The translations under genes were made by a program, and so were the position numbers. A model generated the notes under the pieces. That model was not told the origin of the DNA and searched no databases. It saw only the letters and a program-made list of their open reading frames with translations. Positions 19,973 through 29,683 of a DNA stretch of 64,000 nucleotides are shown here, piece after piece (positions within the stretch are counted from its first letter, which is position 1; each line of letters begins with the position of its first letter). This DNA is from Candidatus Poribacteria bacterium (GTDB lineage Bacteria; Poribacteria; WGA-4E; WGA-3G), in assembly GCA_965205015.1 (NCBI GenBank), contig OZ242029.1:2144001-2208000 (forward strand), given 5' to 3'.

Positions 19973-21043
19973 ATGAAATCCCAAATTTTCTATGAACCCG
20001 AATCAATGAGCCTCGAAGATCGGCCCGTGCCAGCAGCCGGAGACAATGACCTACTCGTACAGGTCCGTTCGGTAGGCATCTGTGGTTCGGACGTAGCATA
20101 TTATTTTGGCAATAGTTCGCTTGAAACCGATGACGGGAAAGGACCCCTTATCCTTGGACATGAATTTACGGGTGAAGTCGTTGAGGTTGGCAGCGAAGCA
20201 GGAAAAACAGGTGGATTCAAAGTAGGGGATCGAGTTGTCGTCAATCCTGTGCAATCAAATCCAGAGTCCTTCTGGAGTAAGAAAGGATTGTCTAACTTGT
20301 GTCCCGAAAAACGCGTCTTAGGTGTAGGTGTTGATGGTGGCTTCGCCGAGTACGCAGTTTCAGACTATCGTTGGACAGTCAGGTTACCCGAAAACGTGAC
20401 CTATGACCAAGGTGCCCTAACAGAGCCACTCGCATGTGGACTCTATGCTGTCAACAATCTCAACGCTGAAGAAGGTCAAACCGCAGTCGTTTTTGGACCC
20501 GGGCCCATCGGACTAATGATGGTGCAAGTTCTGAAAAGCCGCGGCTTGAAGAACGTCCTGCTTGTCGGGACCCGTGATTATCGCTTGGACTGCGGTAAGG
20601 AACTCGGGGCTGACGGAGTCGTCAACGTTAGTGATACCAACTCTCCACACTATGTGGAAGACTTAGGGGCTATGATTCAGGAACTCAACGATGGCGAATT
20701 GGCAGATCGTGCAATTACGGCGACCAGTTCACTGGACGCGATTCACACCGCCTTAGAAGTTACAGGTAGACACGCAACTGTCGTTATCTTCGGACTTCCT
20801 GGCGATACGGATGTAATGCAGGTCCCTATCCTTGATACGATTCTTATGGACAAAACCATCAGGTTCTCTTGGCTGGCACCTGATACATGGGAAGAAGCAG
20901 TACAGCTCATTTCAAGTGGCGATGTCAACATGGACAAAATCATCAGCCACGAATTCTCGCTCGAATCACTCGTCGAAGGGATAACAAAGGTACGTAATCG
21001 TGAGGACGCTTGTACGAAGGGCTTGATAAAAGTTTCTGATTAA
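19973..21043 (+). CDS. Zn-dependent MDR alcohol/polyol dehydrogenase
   Basis: GICGSD, GHEFTGEV, EPLAC, GPGPIG. Confidence 0.92.
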   Translation: MKSQIFYEPESMSLEDRPVPAAGDNDLLVQVRSVGICGSDVAYYFGNSSLETDDGKGPLILGHEFTGEVVEVGSEAGKTGGFKVGDRVVVNPVQSNPESFWSKKGLSNLCPEKRVLGVGVDGGFAEYAVSDYRWTVRLPENVTYDQGALTEPLACGLYAVNNLNAEEGQTAVVFGPGPIGLMMVQVLKSRGLKNVLLVGTRDYRLDCGKELGADGVVNVSDTNSPHYVEDLGAMIQELNDGELADRAITATSSLDAIHTALEVTGRHATVVIFGLPGDTDVMQVPILDTILMDKTIRFSWLAPDTWEEAVQLISSGDVNMDKIISHEFSLESLVEGITKVRNREDACTKGLIKVSD

Positions 21044-21055
21044 CCTATAAATGAT

Positions 21056-21400
21056 ATGGGCATCCCATTTTTCATCCTTTTTGTCCTTTCAATCGCTTTC
21101 TTATCTCTTGGAATAACTGGATGGGGTGGCTTCGTTTCGGTGGAATGGCCGCAGCAGGACTCAGCTGACGCAAAGACCGACACCGTAGCTGTCACCCCTT
21201 ACCTCAGTTTTCAACCAAACTACTGGGCGATCGCACAGTGTTTCATAGGATTTCTGCTGTTTTTAGCGAGCCTCTATTTTATGGGCTTTTTTCTCTATCT
21301 TGAAGAACGAGAAAGCGGCAGAATCATGAAAAACATAAAAAGTTTTGCCAAACTCAGGCAGTTTCTTGAGCGACGCCAGAAGGGGGACCTGTCACAATGA
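21056..21400 (+). CDS. Hypothetical two-TM membrane protein
   Basis: Two hydrophobic helices; ATGA overlap with the next gene. Confidence 0.65.
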   Translation: MGIPFFILFVLSIAFLSLGITGWGGFVSVEWPQQDSADAKTDTVAVTPYLSFQPNYWAIAQCFIGFLLFLASLYFMGFFLYLEERESGRIMKNIKSFAKLRQFLERRQKGDLSQ

Positions 21401-22245
21401 ATTCTCTCCTAAGATGCCTTGTTGACAAATCCAAGCGGTGCAGGATGCTCGTAGGCTTCGGGATCGCATTCCTCACCCTATACTCTGCTACGACAAGCAA
21501 CGCCAAAATTGATCCAAAGACGGTTGTCGGAATCTGGCTTTTCGATGAAGGGAGTGGAAAAATTGCCCAAGATTTGTCCGGGAACGATAACGATGGCGAA
21601 CTCAAAGAAGGCACGAAATGGGAAAACGGACAGTTCGGACAAGCCGTCATCTTCGATGGAAAAGATGATTACGTTGAAATCGCCCCGTCACCTCTGTTCA
21701 ATCCCGAGGTATTCACAGTCACTTTCTGGATGCATCCAACGACTGTTGGCGGCAATAATCCAGCGGGGAAGGGATCAGCCACGCTCATCATCGCAAACGG
21801 GAACCCAGGGGACGGTGGGGGCGCGAATTGGTGGTTTGAATTCTGGAACGGTGGTAACTTTGAATTCAAAAGTTGCCAAGCCGGTTGTGCTGCAGCGAAC
21901 ACACCGGTGAATACGCCGAACGAATGGTATTTTGTCGCCGGTATCTACAACGGCACTGAATACGAACTCTATATTGATGGCGCATTTAAGTCGAAGGGAC
22001 CCAATAAGGTCGGTGAGCCTGAAAAAGGTTTACTCATCGGAAGTGGACTCTGCCCGGCAGGGCACGGGTGTGACGAGGGCTACTTCAAGGGCATTATCGA
22101 CGATGTGGCAATGTTCAGTGATGCCTTGAGTGAGGCGGATATCAAAACACTTATGGATGAAGGTGTCGGCAAAGTTCTTGGTGTTGCTCCGGTGGAACCT
22201 ACAGATAAACTGACGACGACGTGGGGCGATCTGAAAACGCGCTAA
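21397..22245 (+). CDS. Secreted LamG-like jellyroll (ConA-like) protein with C-terminal KLTTTWG motif
   Basis: Signal peptide, GIWLFDEGSG..DLSGN, FDGKDDYV, FKGIIDDV, VEPTDKLTTTWGDLK. Confidence 0.85.
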   Translation: MNSLLRCLVDKSKRCRMLVGFGIAFLTLYSATTSNAKIDPKTVVGIWLFDEGSGKIAQDLSGNDNDGELKEGTKWENGQFGQAVIFDGKDDYVEIAPSPLFNPEVFTVTFWMHPTTVGGNNPAGKGSATLIIANGNPGDGGGANWWFEFWNGGNFEFKSCQAGCAAANTPVNTPNEWYFVAGIYNGTEYELYIDGAFKSKGPNKVGEPEKGLLIGSGLCPAGHGCDEGYFKGIIDDVAMFSDALSEADIKTLMDEGVGKVLGVAPVEPTDKLTTTWGDLKTR

Positions 22246-22264
22246 AGAGGTCATTCCGAGCAGT

Positions 22265-23344
22265 ATGAGACGACAATCAAAAAATGACTTACTTCTTCGC
22301 GCATCGAGATGTCTGCCGGTGGAACGTGTCCCAGTGTGGATGATGCGGCAAGCCGGCAGATCAGATCCTGTTTATCGACAGATGCGACGTGAGCTGAATC
22401 TCCCATTGGAACGCCTCTTTCGGACCTGCCCCGCACCAATGTCCGAAACCGAGGTTGAATCAGCCGTCAAAATATCGCTGCTGCCCAAACGTATCGGGGT
22501 CGATGCCATCATTGTCTACAAAGACATTCTTACCCCCCTCGCACCCATGGGCGCGCATTTCCGATTCGATCCAGGTCCCATTTTAAACCCACCCATTTGC
22601 ACGCAAACACAAATAGACGCACTCCGACCCGTTGATGAGCCCGCTACACAATTGGCGTTCACAGGAAAAGTCATTCGCAAACTACGCGAAACCTTGAATG
22701 AGGAACTACCCCTCATCGGTTTTGCTGGGGCACCTTTGACGCTTGCTTTTTTCCTCATCGCAGGGGAAAGTCCGATCAAACGCGGTTCGGGAGTATCTGA
22801 AAAAGCTTCTCCGGTCTTCCGAATGATGGAGGAAGCACCTGAACTGTTACATCGTCTTCTAAACAAGTTGACTGATATGACTATTAACTACTTGAACTAC
22901 CAAATCAGCGAAGGGGTTCAAATAGTGCAACTTTTTGAGTCCATCGCCGATGTCTTACCGCGGCAGATATATGAAGAGTTCGCTTTTCCTTATCATCAAC
23001 AAATTTTCGCTGAACTCAATTCAGAGGCCCCCGGAATCCTATTCGCAAAAGAATGTCGCTATGTAGATTTAATGCATCGGAGTGGAGCAAACGTTCTAAG
23101 CATTGGAAAATGTGTGGATCTTAGCCAAGCCAAGGCAAACACTAATGGTGCTGTCGCCTTTCAAGGAAACGTCGATAACGACATTCTTCGCGATGGCACA
23201 CTCGCTGACATCACAGAGGCTGTTGAGACGTGTCTAAAACAGGGCGGAAAAACTGGACATATTTTGAACCTCAGCCACGGTTTACACAGAGATACGCCAT
23301 TTGAGAATGTTAAGCATTTCGTACATATCGCAAAAACACTTTAG
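22265..23344 (+). CDS. hemE: Uroporphyrinogen decarboxylase
   Basis: PVWMMRQAGR, LIGFAGAPLTLA, QGNVD, HILNLSHG. Confidence 0.93.
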   Translation: MRRQSKNDLLLRASRCLPVERVPVWMMRQAGRSDPVYRQMRRELNLPLERLFRTCPAPMSETEVESAVKISLLPKRIGVDAIIVYKDILTPLAPMGAHFRFDPGPILNPPICTQTQIDALRPVDEPATQLAFTGKVIRKLRETLNEELPLIGFAGAPLTLAFFLIAGESPIKRGSGVSEKASPVFRMMEEAPELLHRLLNKLTDMTINYLNYQISEGVQIVQLFESIADVLPRQIYEEFAFPYHQQIFAELNSEAPGILFAKECRYVDLMHRSGANVLSIGKCVDLSQAKANTNGAVAFQGNVDNDILRDGTLADITEAVETCLKQGGKTGHILNLSHGLHRDTPFENVKHFVHIAKTL

Positions 23345-23352
23345 GAAAATTG

Positions 23353-24810
23353 ATGAGAAACATCCTCGAAAACCCTTTTGCCCCACGACAATACGGACAA
23401 CTCGTTGCAGTGACAGAACGCGTATATCTCTTTCGTAATATTGTAAATTCTTCTATTATCATTGGCGATAAAGGCGTTGCGGTAATTGATACACAGGTAA
23501 ACCAAATGATGGCACGGCGGTTGCGTAATGCAATCCGTACCATTACGGATAAACCAATACTATATGCAATTAACACCCACTATCACTGGGATCATACCAA
23601 TGGAAACACTATTTTCCATGAAGCTGGAGCAACCGTTGTTGCTCGTGAAATGACCAAAGATTTTATGGTGAACAGGTCCCCGCGGCAGGAGGCATTCCTG
23701 CGTTCCCGCGGTTTCACACTCGGCGATCCACCCTTTCTACCACAACAGACGTTCGCACACGAAATCGAACTCGATTTGGGGAATCAACCGCTACATCTCG
23801 TCTACTTGGGAAAGGCAGAAACGGACGATGCCACTGCTATCAGAGTTCCAGCAGAAGATTGTATCGTTTCTGGTGATACCGTTATGACAGGAAGTTTTCC
23901 CATCTTTGGACAGCCCGTCATGAATGAAGGACTCATGGCGAACCACGATTGGATCGACACAATTAAAGAACTCCGAGCATATGAACCTAAATCTGTCCTA
24001 CCCGGACACGGACCCTTAGCGCGTGATGCCGAAATTGACCGCTTGCTTGAGATTGAGTCCTATTTCCTCACAGAAGTCCGAAAACGTGTTGAACAGGATA
24101 TGTCCTTGAACACACTGCTCGCCGAAATGGAAGCCAACTTACCCGACTGGATTCGCGCTATTGCTGAGGTCTGGGGAACACCCCGTTATGCAATCTTGAG
24201 GGTATATCGCGGGTTAATCGACGATCCAGAACCGGGGTGGCAACATCTGAAACCTTCGGCTATTCCAGCCGCGGATACCGAAAAACTTCACCAAAAAACA
24301 CACACACTTGAAGACTTTCAGGCTTACCGAGAAACCGCCGAAGAGGTTGCCGAGGGGAATGACTTTGGCTTAGCAATTGCCATCTTAAAAACCGCAACCG
24401 AAAAATATCCGAATCTACCCGACACTTGGACGGAATACGCGAATTTACTCACACAGGCATCCCGCACCGTGGCGAGCGTCCTTGAAAAGGGGGATTTCTT
24501 CGCCGAGGCTAAAAAAGCCCTCAGTATTGCACTTGAATTGGACCCTGATCACGCGCCAGCACATCTTTTGCATGGATACAACCACATCCTTTCTGCCTAT
24601 CGCAACGGGGACGAAACAAAAACAGGACTTGAGTCCATCTATAAAGCACTCGTCATCGGGATTCAGGGGACACAACTTGCACAAGCATACTTCTGTATCG
24701 GACTCGCGCATCGTACAAATGGAGACGAGACACTCGCGCGTGAAGCTTTCGCGAAGGCGATCGCTGCTGACCCAAGGTATATGCCAGCACAGTTAGCAAA
24801 TATGACATAA
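23353..24810 (+). CDS. MBL-fold metallo-hydrolase with C-terminal TPR repeats
   Basis: NTHYHWDHTNGN, SGD, PGHG; C-terminal TPR-like helices. Confidence 0.85.
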   Translation: MRNILENPFAPRQYGQLVAVTERVYLFRNIVNSSIIIGDKGVAVIDTQVNQMMARRLRNAIRTITDKPILYAINTHYHWDHTNGNTIFHEAGATVVAREMTKDFMVNRSPRQEAFLRSRGFTLGDPPFLPQQTFAHEIELDLGNQPLHLVYLGKAETDDATAIRVPAEDCIVSGDTVMTGSFPIFGQPVMNEGLMANHDWIDTIKELRAYEPKSVLPGHGPLARDAEIDRLLEIESYFLTEVRKRVEQDMSLNTLLAEMEANLPDWIRAIAEVWGTPRYAILRVYRGLIDDPEPGWQHLKPSAIPAADTEKLHQKTHTLEDFQAYRETAEEVAEGNDFGLAIAILKTATEKYPNLPDTWTEYANLLTQASRTVASVLEKGDFFAEAKKALSIALELDPDHAPAHLLHGYNHILSAYRNGDETKTGLESIYKALVIGIQGTQLAQAYFCIGLAHRTNGDETLAREAFAKAIAADPRYMPAQLANMT

Positions 24811-24822
24811 GAGGAAACAAAA

Positions 24823-25773
24823 ATGAAATACGATAGCGTCTTACTCGTTGCATTCGGTGGACCCACACCCGGCTGCTGTCAAAAATACAATAAAGATATG
24901 TGTCCCGGCGAAGCCTACTGTTTTGTTGAAGGGATTGCCGGGGTGGCTGAATCTCAAAAAGAACGCGTAAAAGACATCTCAACGCACTACGTAAAATTGG
25001 GCGGATTTTCGCCATTCAACGAATTGACTTTCAAACAAGCCTGCGCACTACAAACCGCACTGCAAGCCCGCGATCTACCGCTACCTGTTTACGCCGGATT
25101 CAGACATTGGACTCCCTATTTAAAAGAGGTCATCGCGGAAATGGCACAAAAACGACACCGCAAAATACTCGGCATTATCATGGCACCCCACCAATCCAAA
25201 GTCAGTTGGGAATGGTACCAACAAACAGTGAAAAAAGGAATTGACGCAGTCGATGGTGAGAAACCGACTGTTGATTATCTTGACCCCTGGTACACACACA
25301 AGGGTTACATTGGTGCCATCGCTGAAATCATCGAAGCTGCATGTGGCGACAAGTTAGCACGCGCTGAACTTGTTTTCACAGCACACGCGATTCCCCAAGC
25401 CGCGGCAGATACTTCACCCTATACACAACAATTCGAGAAAACAGGCGAGGCAGTCGCTAAACAGATTGGAAAAACCCGATTCGGTTTCGCGTACCAGAGC
25501 GAGGTAGAAAATAGCCCTATTCCATGGATACAACCCGATATCAATGACTGGATTAAAACCCAAAAGGAAGCAGGTGTTGATACCGTTGTCGCTTCACCGA
25601 TCGGATTTCTCTGCGACCACGTCGAAGTGCTCTACGATTTGGACATAGAGGCGGCAGAAACCGCGGAAGCGTGTGGCATCGACTTCATTCGGGCGGGCAC
25701 GGTCGGAGACCATCCCAAATTCATCAATATGTTAGCAGACTTTATATATGAAAAGGCTTCGCAAGAAGAATAA
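24823..25773 (+). CDS. hemH: Ferrochelatase (probably coproporphyrin ferrochelatase, CpfC)
   Basis: LLVAFGGP, GGFSP, RHWTP, FTAHAIP, AYQS, PIGFLCDHVEVLYDLDIE. Confidence 0.92.
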   Translation: MKYDSVLLVAFGGPTPGCCQKYNKDMCPGEAYCFVEGIAGVAESQKERVKDISTHYVKLGGFSPFNELTFKQACALQTALQARDLPLPVYAGFRHWTPYLKEVIAEMAQKRHRKILGIIMAPHQSKVSWEWYQQTVKKGIDAVDGEKPTVDYLDPWYTHKGYIGAIAEIIEAACGDKLARAELVFTAHAIPQAAADTSPYTQQFEKTGEAVAKQIGKTRFGFAYQSEVENSPIPWIQPDINDWIKTQKEAGVDTVVASPIGFLCDHVEVLYDLDIEAAETAEACGIDFIRAGTVGDHPKFINMLADFIYEKASQEE

Positions 25774-25783
25774 ATTAAAGGTA

Positions 25784-25807
25784 GTAGGCACACGTCGTGT
25801 GCCGTAC
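25784..25807. repeat. GTAG REP-like hairpin
   Basis: gtaggcacac-gtc-gtgtgccgtac. Confidence 0.5.
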
Positions 25808-25815
25808 CATAAGTT

Positions 25816-27234
25816 ATGTCGGAAAAATCGGGTAGAAAACATGCCATTGTTATCGGAGGGGGTATCACGGGGTTAGCTGCTTGCTACCGTTTGCAGCGCG
25901 AGGCTGTTGCACGCGATATTCCACTTGACATTACGCTCCTTGAGGCGAGTGAGGGCGTCGGCGGTGTTATTCAAACCGAACGCCGTGATGGGTTTCTCAT
26001 TGAACACGGTCCCGATGCGTTTATTTCAACCAAACCCGCAGCAAAAGCGTTATGTGAGGAACTCGGTATTGCAGATCAATTCATTGGGACCAACCCAAAG
26101 GTCCGTCGGAGTTTTGTCATCCGGAACGGGACGTTACATCCCGTCCCTGAAGGGTTTTATATGATGGCACCGGGCGCGTTCATGCCGTTTTTAAAAACAC
26201 CGCTCTTCAGTTGGCGAGGCAAACTGCGGATGGCACTCGACCTCGTTATTCCACGTAGGGGAAGGGATACGGATGAAGCGGTAGCACACTTCGTCAGACG
26301 TCGCCTCGGCACTGAAGCTTTCACACGAATGGCACAACCGATGATAGGCGGCATTTACACCTCAGATGCCGAAAATTTAAGCCTAAAGGCAACGTTCCCA
26401 AGATTCTTAGAAATGGAAAAGGCGCACGGCAGCATTATCAAGGCACTCCGGGCACAGAAGAAACAGGCATCCGAAACCAGTCGGGACACGAGTGGACCTC
26501 GCTACAGTCTTTTCCTTTCGTTTAAATCTGGAATGCAGACACTGACCGATACGCTTACCCAAGCAGTATCCAACAGTATCAAATTAAATGCGAAGGTAGC
26601 ACATATTCAACAAGCGAGCGATGCTAACAGGTGGCATATTTCGCTTGCTAACGGAGAAACGCTAAACGCGGAACTTCTCTGCATTGCCCTGCCAGCACCA
26701 CAGGCAGCAGGGCTCATCGGAGACCTGTCAAGTTCACTTACCTCAAAACTCAACGCGATCCCCTATGCCTCCTCGGCAACCGTCAATTTAGCATTCCGCC
26801 GTGAAGATATCACACACCCATTGGATGGTATGGGATTTGTTGTCCCCGCTACGGAAAACCTATCTCTCATCGGATGTTCTTTCAGTAGCATTAAATTTGA
26901 GAACCGCGCCCCAACCGATTTTGTCTTGTTCCGTGCCTTCGTTGGCGAACCCACGTCGAAAAAAACTGAAACTGAACTCATTGAACTATGTCAGGCAGAT
27001 TTAACCCCACTGCTTGGTCTCAAAAACACGCCACAGTTTGCCACGGTTCGTAAACATTTACAAGCAATGGCACAGTATCAGGTCGGGCATCAAGATATTG
27101 TCGGGAGTATAGAGCAGTTCACAGGCGCACTCCGGGGATTAGCACTCGCAGGAAATGGTTACCATGGAGTCGGCATCCCAGATTGTATTCAGAGCGCGGA
27201 AGCAGCGGCACTTACACTCTTAGATGCCCTATAG
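25816..27234 (+). CDS. hemY: Protoporphyrinogen/coproporphyrinogen oxidase, HemY type
   Basis: IGGGITGL, EHGPDAF, GGIY, QYQVGH, GVGIPDCI. Confidence 0.92.
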   Translation: MSEKSGRKHAIVIGGGITGLAACYRLQREAVARDIPLDITLLEASEGVGGVIQTERRDGFLIEHGPDAFISTKPAAKALCEELGIADQFIGTNPKVRRSFVIRNGTLHPVPEGFYMMAPGAFMPFLKTPLFSWRGKLRMALDLVIPRRGRDTDEAVAHFVRRRLGTEAFTRMAQPMIGGIYTSDAENLSLKATFPRFLEMEKAHGSIIKALRAQKKQASETSRDTSGPRYSLFLSFKSGMQTLTDTLTQAVSNSIKLNAKVAHIQQASDANRWHISLANGETLNAELLCIALPAPQAAGLIGDLSSSLTSKLNAIPYASSATVNLAFRREDITHPLDGMGFVVPATENLSLIGCSFSSIKFENRAPTDFVLFRAFVGEPTSKKTETELIELCQADLTPLLGLKNTPQFATVRKHLQAMAQYQVGHQDIVGSIEQFTGALRGLALAGNGYHGVGIPDCIQSAEAAALTLLDAL

Positions 27235-27251
27235 GGTTCTTTAATTTTCTT

Positions 27252-27330
27252 GTAGGAGGGAACTCCGATTCCTGGCGGAAATCCCCTATCAAAAACACTT
27301 TCCTTTGTAGGAGCGAGTTCCAGCTCGCGA
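27252..27330. repeat. Two GTAGGAG REP-like elements
   Basis: gtaggagggaactccgattcc at 27252 and gtaggagcgagttccagctcgc at 27307. Confidence 0.5.
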
Positions 27331-27336
27331 TACTTT

Positions 27337-28347
27337 ATGAGAACGTATCGACGCAGAGTTACCATAAGTTTGGGACTCTTCGGATGTGTGTTGATGACAT
27401 TCATCGGAAGCCTCGTCCCTCGTGCTGAGGATGCTAAAAATCGCGTGAAAGAAGCCTATCAAGGGTTTCAAGAAGGAAAGTGTAAAAGTTGCCACCCCGC
27501 CATCTGGAGAGAATGGGAAAATTCGATGCACGCCAAGGCGTGGGTTGACGAAATTTATCAGGAAGTCGCAAATCAAATTAAGGATAGAGAAACCAAATGT
27601 GACCAGTGCCATGCCCCTCAACCCGTCCTCATCACAGGCGTTGGGGAAATGCCAAAATTGAGAAATAAACAACGGGAAGCAGGCGTTTCGTGCCTTGTTT
27701 GCCATCTCGATGCTGAAGGCGCGATGCATGGACCACCAGCGAGTGCAGAGACTTATTTCCACGCCAACGTAACCAACCCCATCTATACCGCGCCAACGAC
27801 ACTCTGTCGTACTTGCCATGGTCAGCCGACTGTTCCTGAGCACGACCAGGTTTCCAGTTTTCTGAAGAGTAAATTCGCTGAAGAGGAGAAGAGTTGTGCC
27901 ACATGCCACATGCCAGTTGTCAACCGGCTGCAAAGCACAGCCAGTTACGAAAGTATCAAAGGCAGGAAGCATACATGGCGCGGCAGCCGAAGTGTCGCAC
28001 AACTCAGACGTGCTGCCGCGCTTCAACTTGAAATTACACCTGAAAAAGTGAATGTGAAACTACAGAGCAAAACCGGGCACATCTTGCCGGGTGGCACATT
28101 GCGCACCATGGTTCTCGAGGCAAAACTTTTCTCTCCAGAAGGTATAGAACGGCGAAAGGCGCAAATCTCAATTTCGGCGAAGCAGCAAAACCGCCTCCTC
28201 CCAAATGAGATCAGAACCTACATTTTCGACACTTTATCCAGTGCGACGGGTGACACAATCACCGTCCGGTTGCTGTACCGATTGGTACCGAAGACACCCG
28301 AATCTGAGTGGATATTAATGGCGGAAAAAATTCACGTTGTCCGTTGA
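27337..28347 (+). CDS. Pentaheme c-type cytochrome (c554-like N-terminal domain)
   Basis: Signal/TM segment then CKSCH, CDQCH, CLVCH, CRTCH, CATCH; EWENSMHA. Confidence 0.88.
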   Translation: MRTYRRRVTISLGLFGCVLMTFIGSLVPRAEDAKNRVKEAYQGFQEGKCKSCHPAIWREWENSMHAKAWVDEIYQEVANQIKDRETKCDQCHAPQPVLITGVGEMPKLRNKQREAGVSCLVCHLDAEGAMHGPPASAETYFHANVTNPIYTAPTTLCRTCHGQPTVPEHDQVSSFLKSKFAEEEKSCATCHMPVVNRLQSTASYESIKGRKHTWRGSRSVAQLRRAAALQLEITPEKVNVKLQSKTGHILPGGTLRTMVLEAKLFSPEGIERRKAQISISAKQQNRLLPNEIRTYIFDTLSSATGDTITVRLLYRLVPKTPESEWILMAEKIHVVR

Positions 28348-28350
28348 GGG

Positions 28351-29097
28351 CTAAGCGTTCATATTCGGCAATGAATCGAAACCCAGCAACCGTTTTAAAG
28401 TCGGTGTTGCGCGTGATACAACTTCATCCGATACCAATTCGAGATGTGCTTGCTGCGGTTTCAGAATAGACCGACAAAAAAAACCGAGTAACCCAACGCG
28501 CGGTTCATTCGTTCTATTTTCTGAAGAGCCATGCCATATTGCACCGTTGACGATTAAGACCGAGCCTCGGGGACCACACATCTGCAGCGCGTCGTCATAT
28601 TCCACACCGGGTTCAGGTAATGCTTCAAGGCGTCGATGGCTTTCCGGCACACAACGTGTCGCTCCATTTTCAAGCGTCCAGTCGTCTAAAAACCATACGC
28701 TGTTGGCAACCATCGGGAAGTTTGGACGTGGGGTGGGAAGCCCGGATAATGGATAATCAATATGGAGACCGGCATCAGGCGCACCAGGATAAAGCACATT
28801 GACCGTAAAGGAACTCAGCGTGCAATCAGCACCCAGTAAATACTCCATCGCGGCGAGCATTTTCGGTTGTTGAATCGCCGTTTCAAATATCTCGCCTTTG
28901 CCAACGAGGTTCCAGACCCGTTGGGCACTGCCGTCTGCAAGATATAAGTGACCTTTGCCGGCTTTTTGCTCTGCTTCGGCGAGTGCCAAAGCGTGTTCAC
29001 GGAGTTCCGTTGTGGTATCTGCAGAGATAAGGCTTTCCAGTAGCAGAAAACCGCGCTGGTCCAATTGGTGCTTTTCAGATTCACTCAAGGTAGCCAT
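28351..29097 (-). CDS. PhyH family dioxygenase
   Basis: LHIDY, ENGATRCVPESH, WHGSSEN. Confidence 0.88.
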   Translation of the reverse strand: MATLSESEKHQLDQRGFLLLESLISADTTTELREHALALAEAEQKAGKGHLYLADGSAQRVWNLVGKGEIFETAIQQPKMLAAMEYLLGADCTLSSFTVNVLYPGAPDAGLHIDYPLSGLPTPRPNFPMVANSVWFLDDWTLENGATRCVPESHRRLEALPEPGVEYDDALQMCGPRGSVLIVNGAIWHGSSENRTNEPRVGLLGFFCRSILKPQQAHLELVSDEVVSRATPTLKRLLGFDSLPNMNA

Positions 29098-29214
29098 TTT
29101 TTTTCTCCGATGTTATTTTCTTGACAGTTTAAGCGTTTTTTGGTAATATGTCAAACAGATTGTGGATTTCTACGAAAATAGCCAGAAATCTTCAGGAAAA
29201 TTTGAAATTTTGAT

Positions 29215-29243
29215 TTGACATATTTTTAGAGTTGTGGTATCAT
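29215..29243 (+). promoter_or_regulatory. Sigma70 promoter about 440 nt upstream of the large surface protein gene
   Basis: TTGACA-17 bp-TATCAT. Confidence 0.6.
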
Positions 29244-29683
29244 TATATAGGCGGACTGCAATTTAATCGATGATATACCGATGCGGCGGGAACAAATTTT
29301 TACCGATTGCACAAAACATCACGTAACTGCAGGACGATTCTGTTTACCGGTTTTGCCCGTGTAACGTAATGTCTCTGACACTTAACGATTAAAGGTTTGC
29401 TTAATTTTGCCACTTTATGTTAAAATAATAGAAAAATTCCCGCAGGGTCAAATCGCTAAAGTTAGATGCCCGCTTTTCATTTGTTTTGACCTGTGCCATA
29501 GGCTATACAAACGCTATTCCATGGTTACATCGGTATCGGGAAATTTTAACGCTCGTTGGTAGGATGTTGATTGGATGGGCGGACATCTACCCCAGTCGTC
29601 TTTAGTTGTATTCTCGCTTGCCCATCTAAGAAACTCAGTACTGAGTCTTGCGAGCGCGCAGACTTAACGAGGAGGATGAGTTA

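Noticed and set aside
27289-28026. 245-aa antisense ORF and other long shadow ORFs (e.g. 32311..32913, 51747..52289)
   Set aside because: Antisense to well-supported genes, with no recognisable motifs
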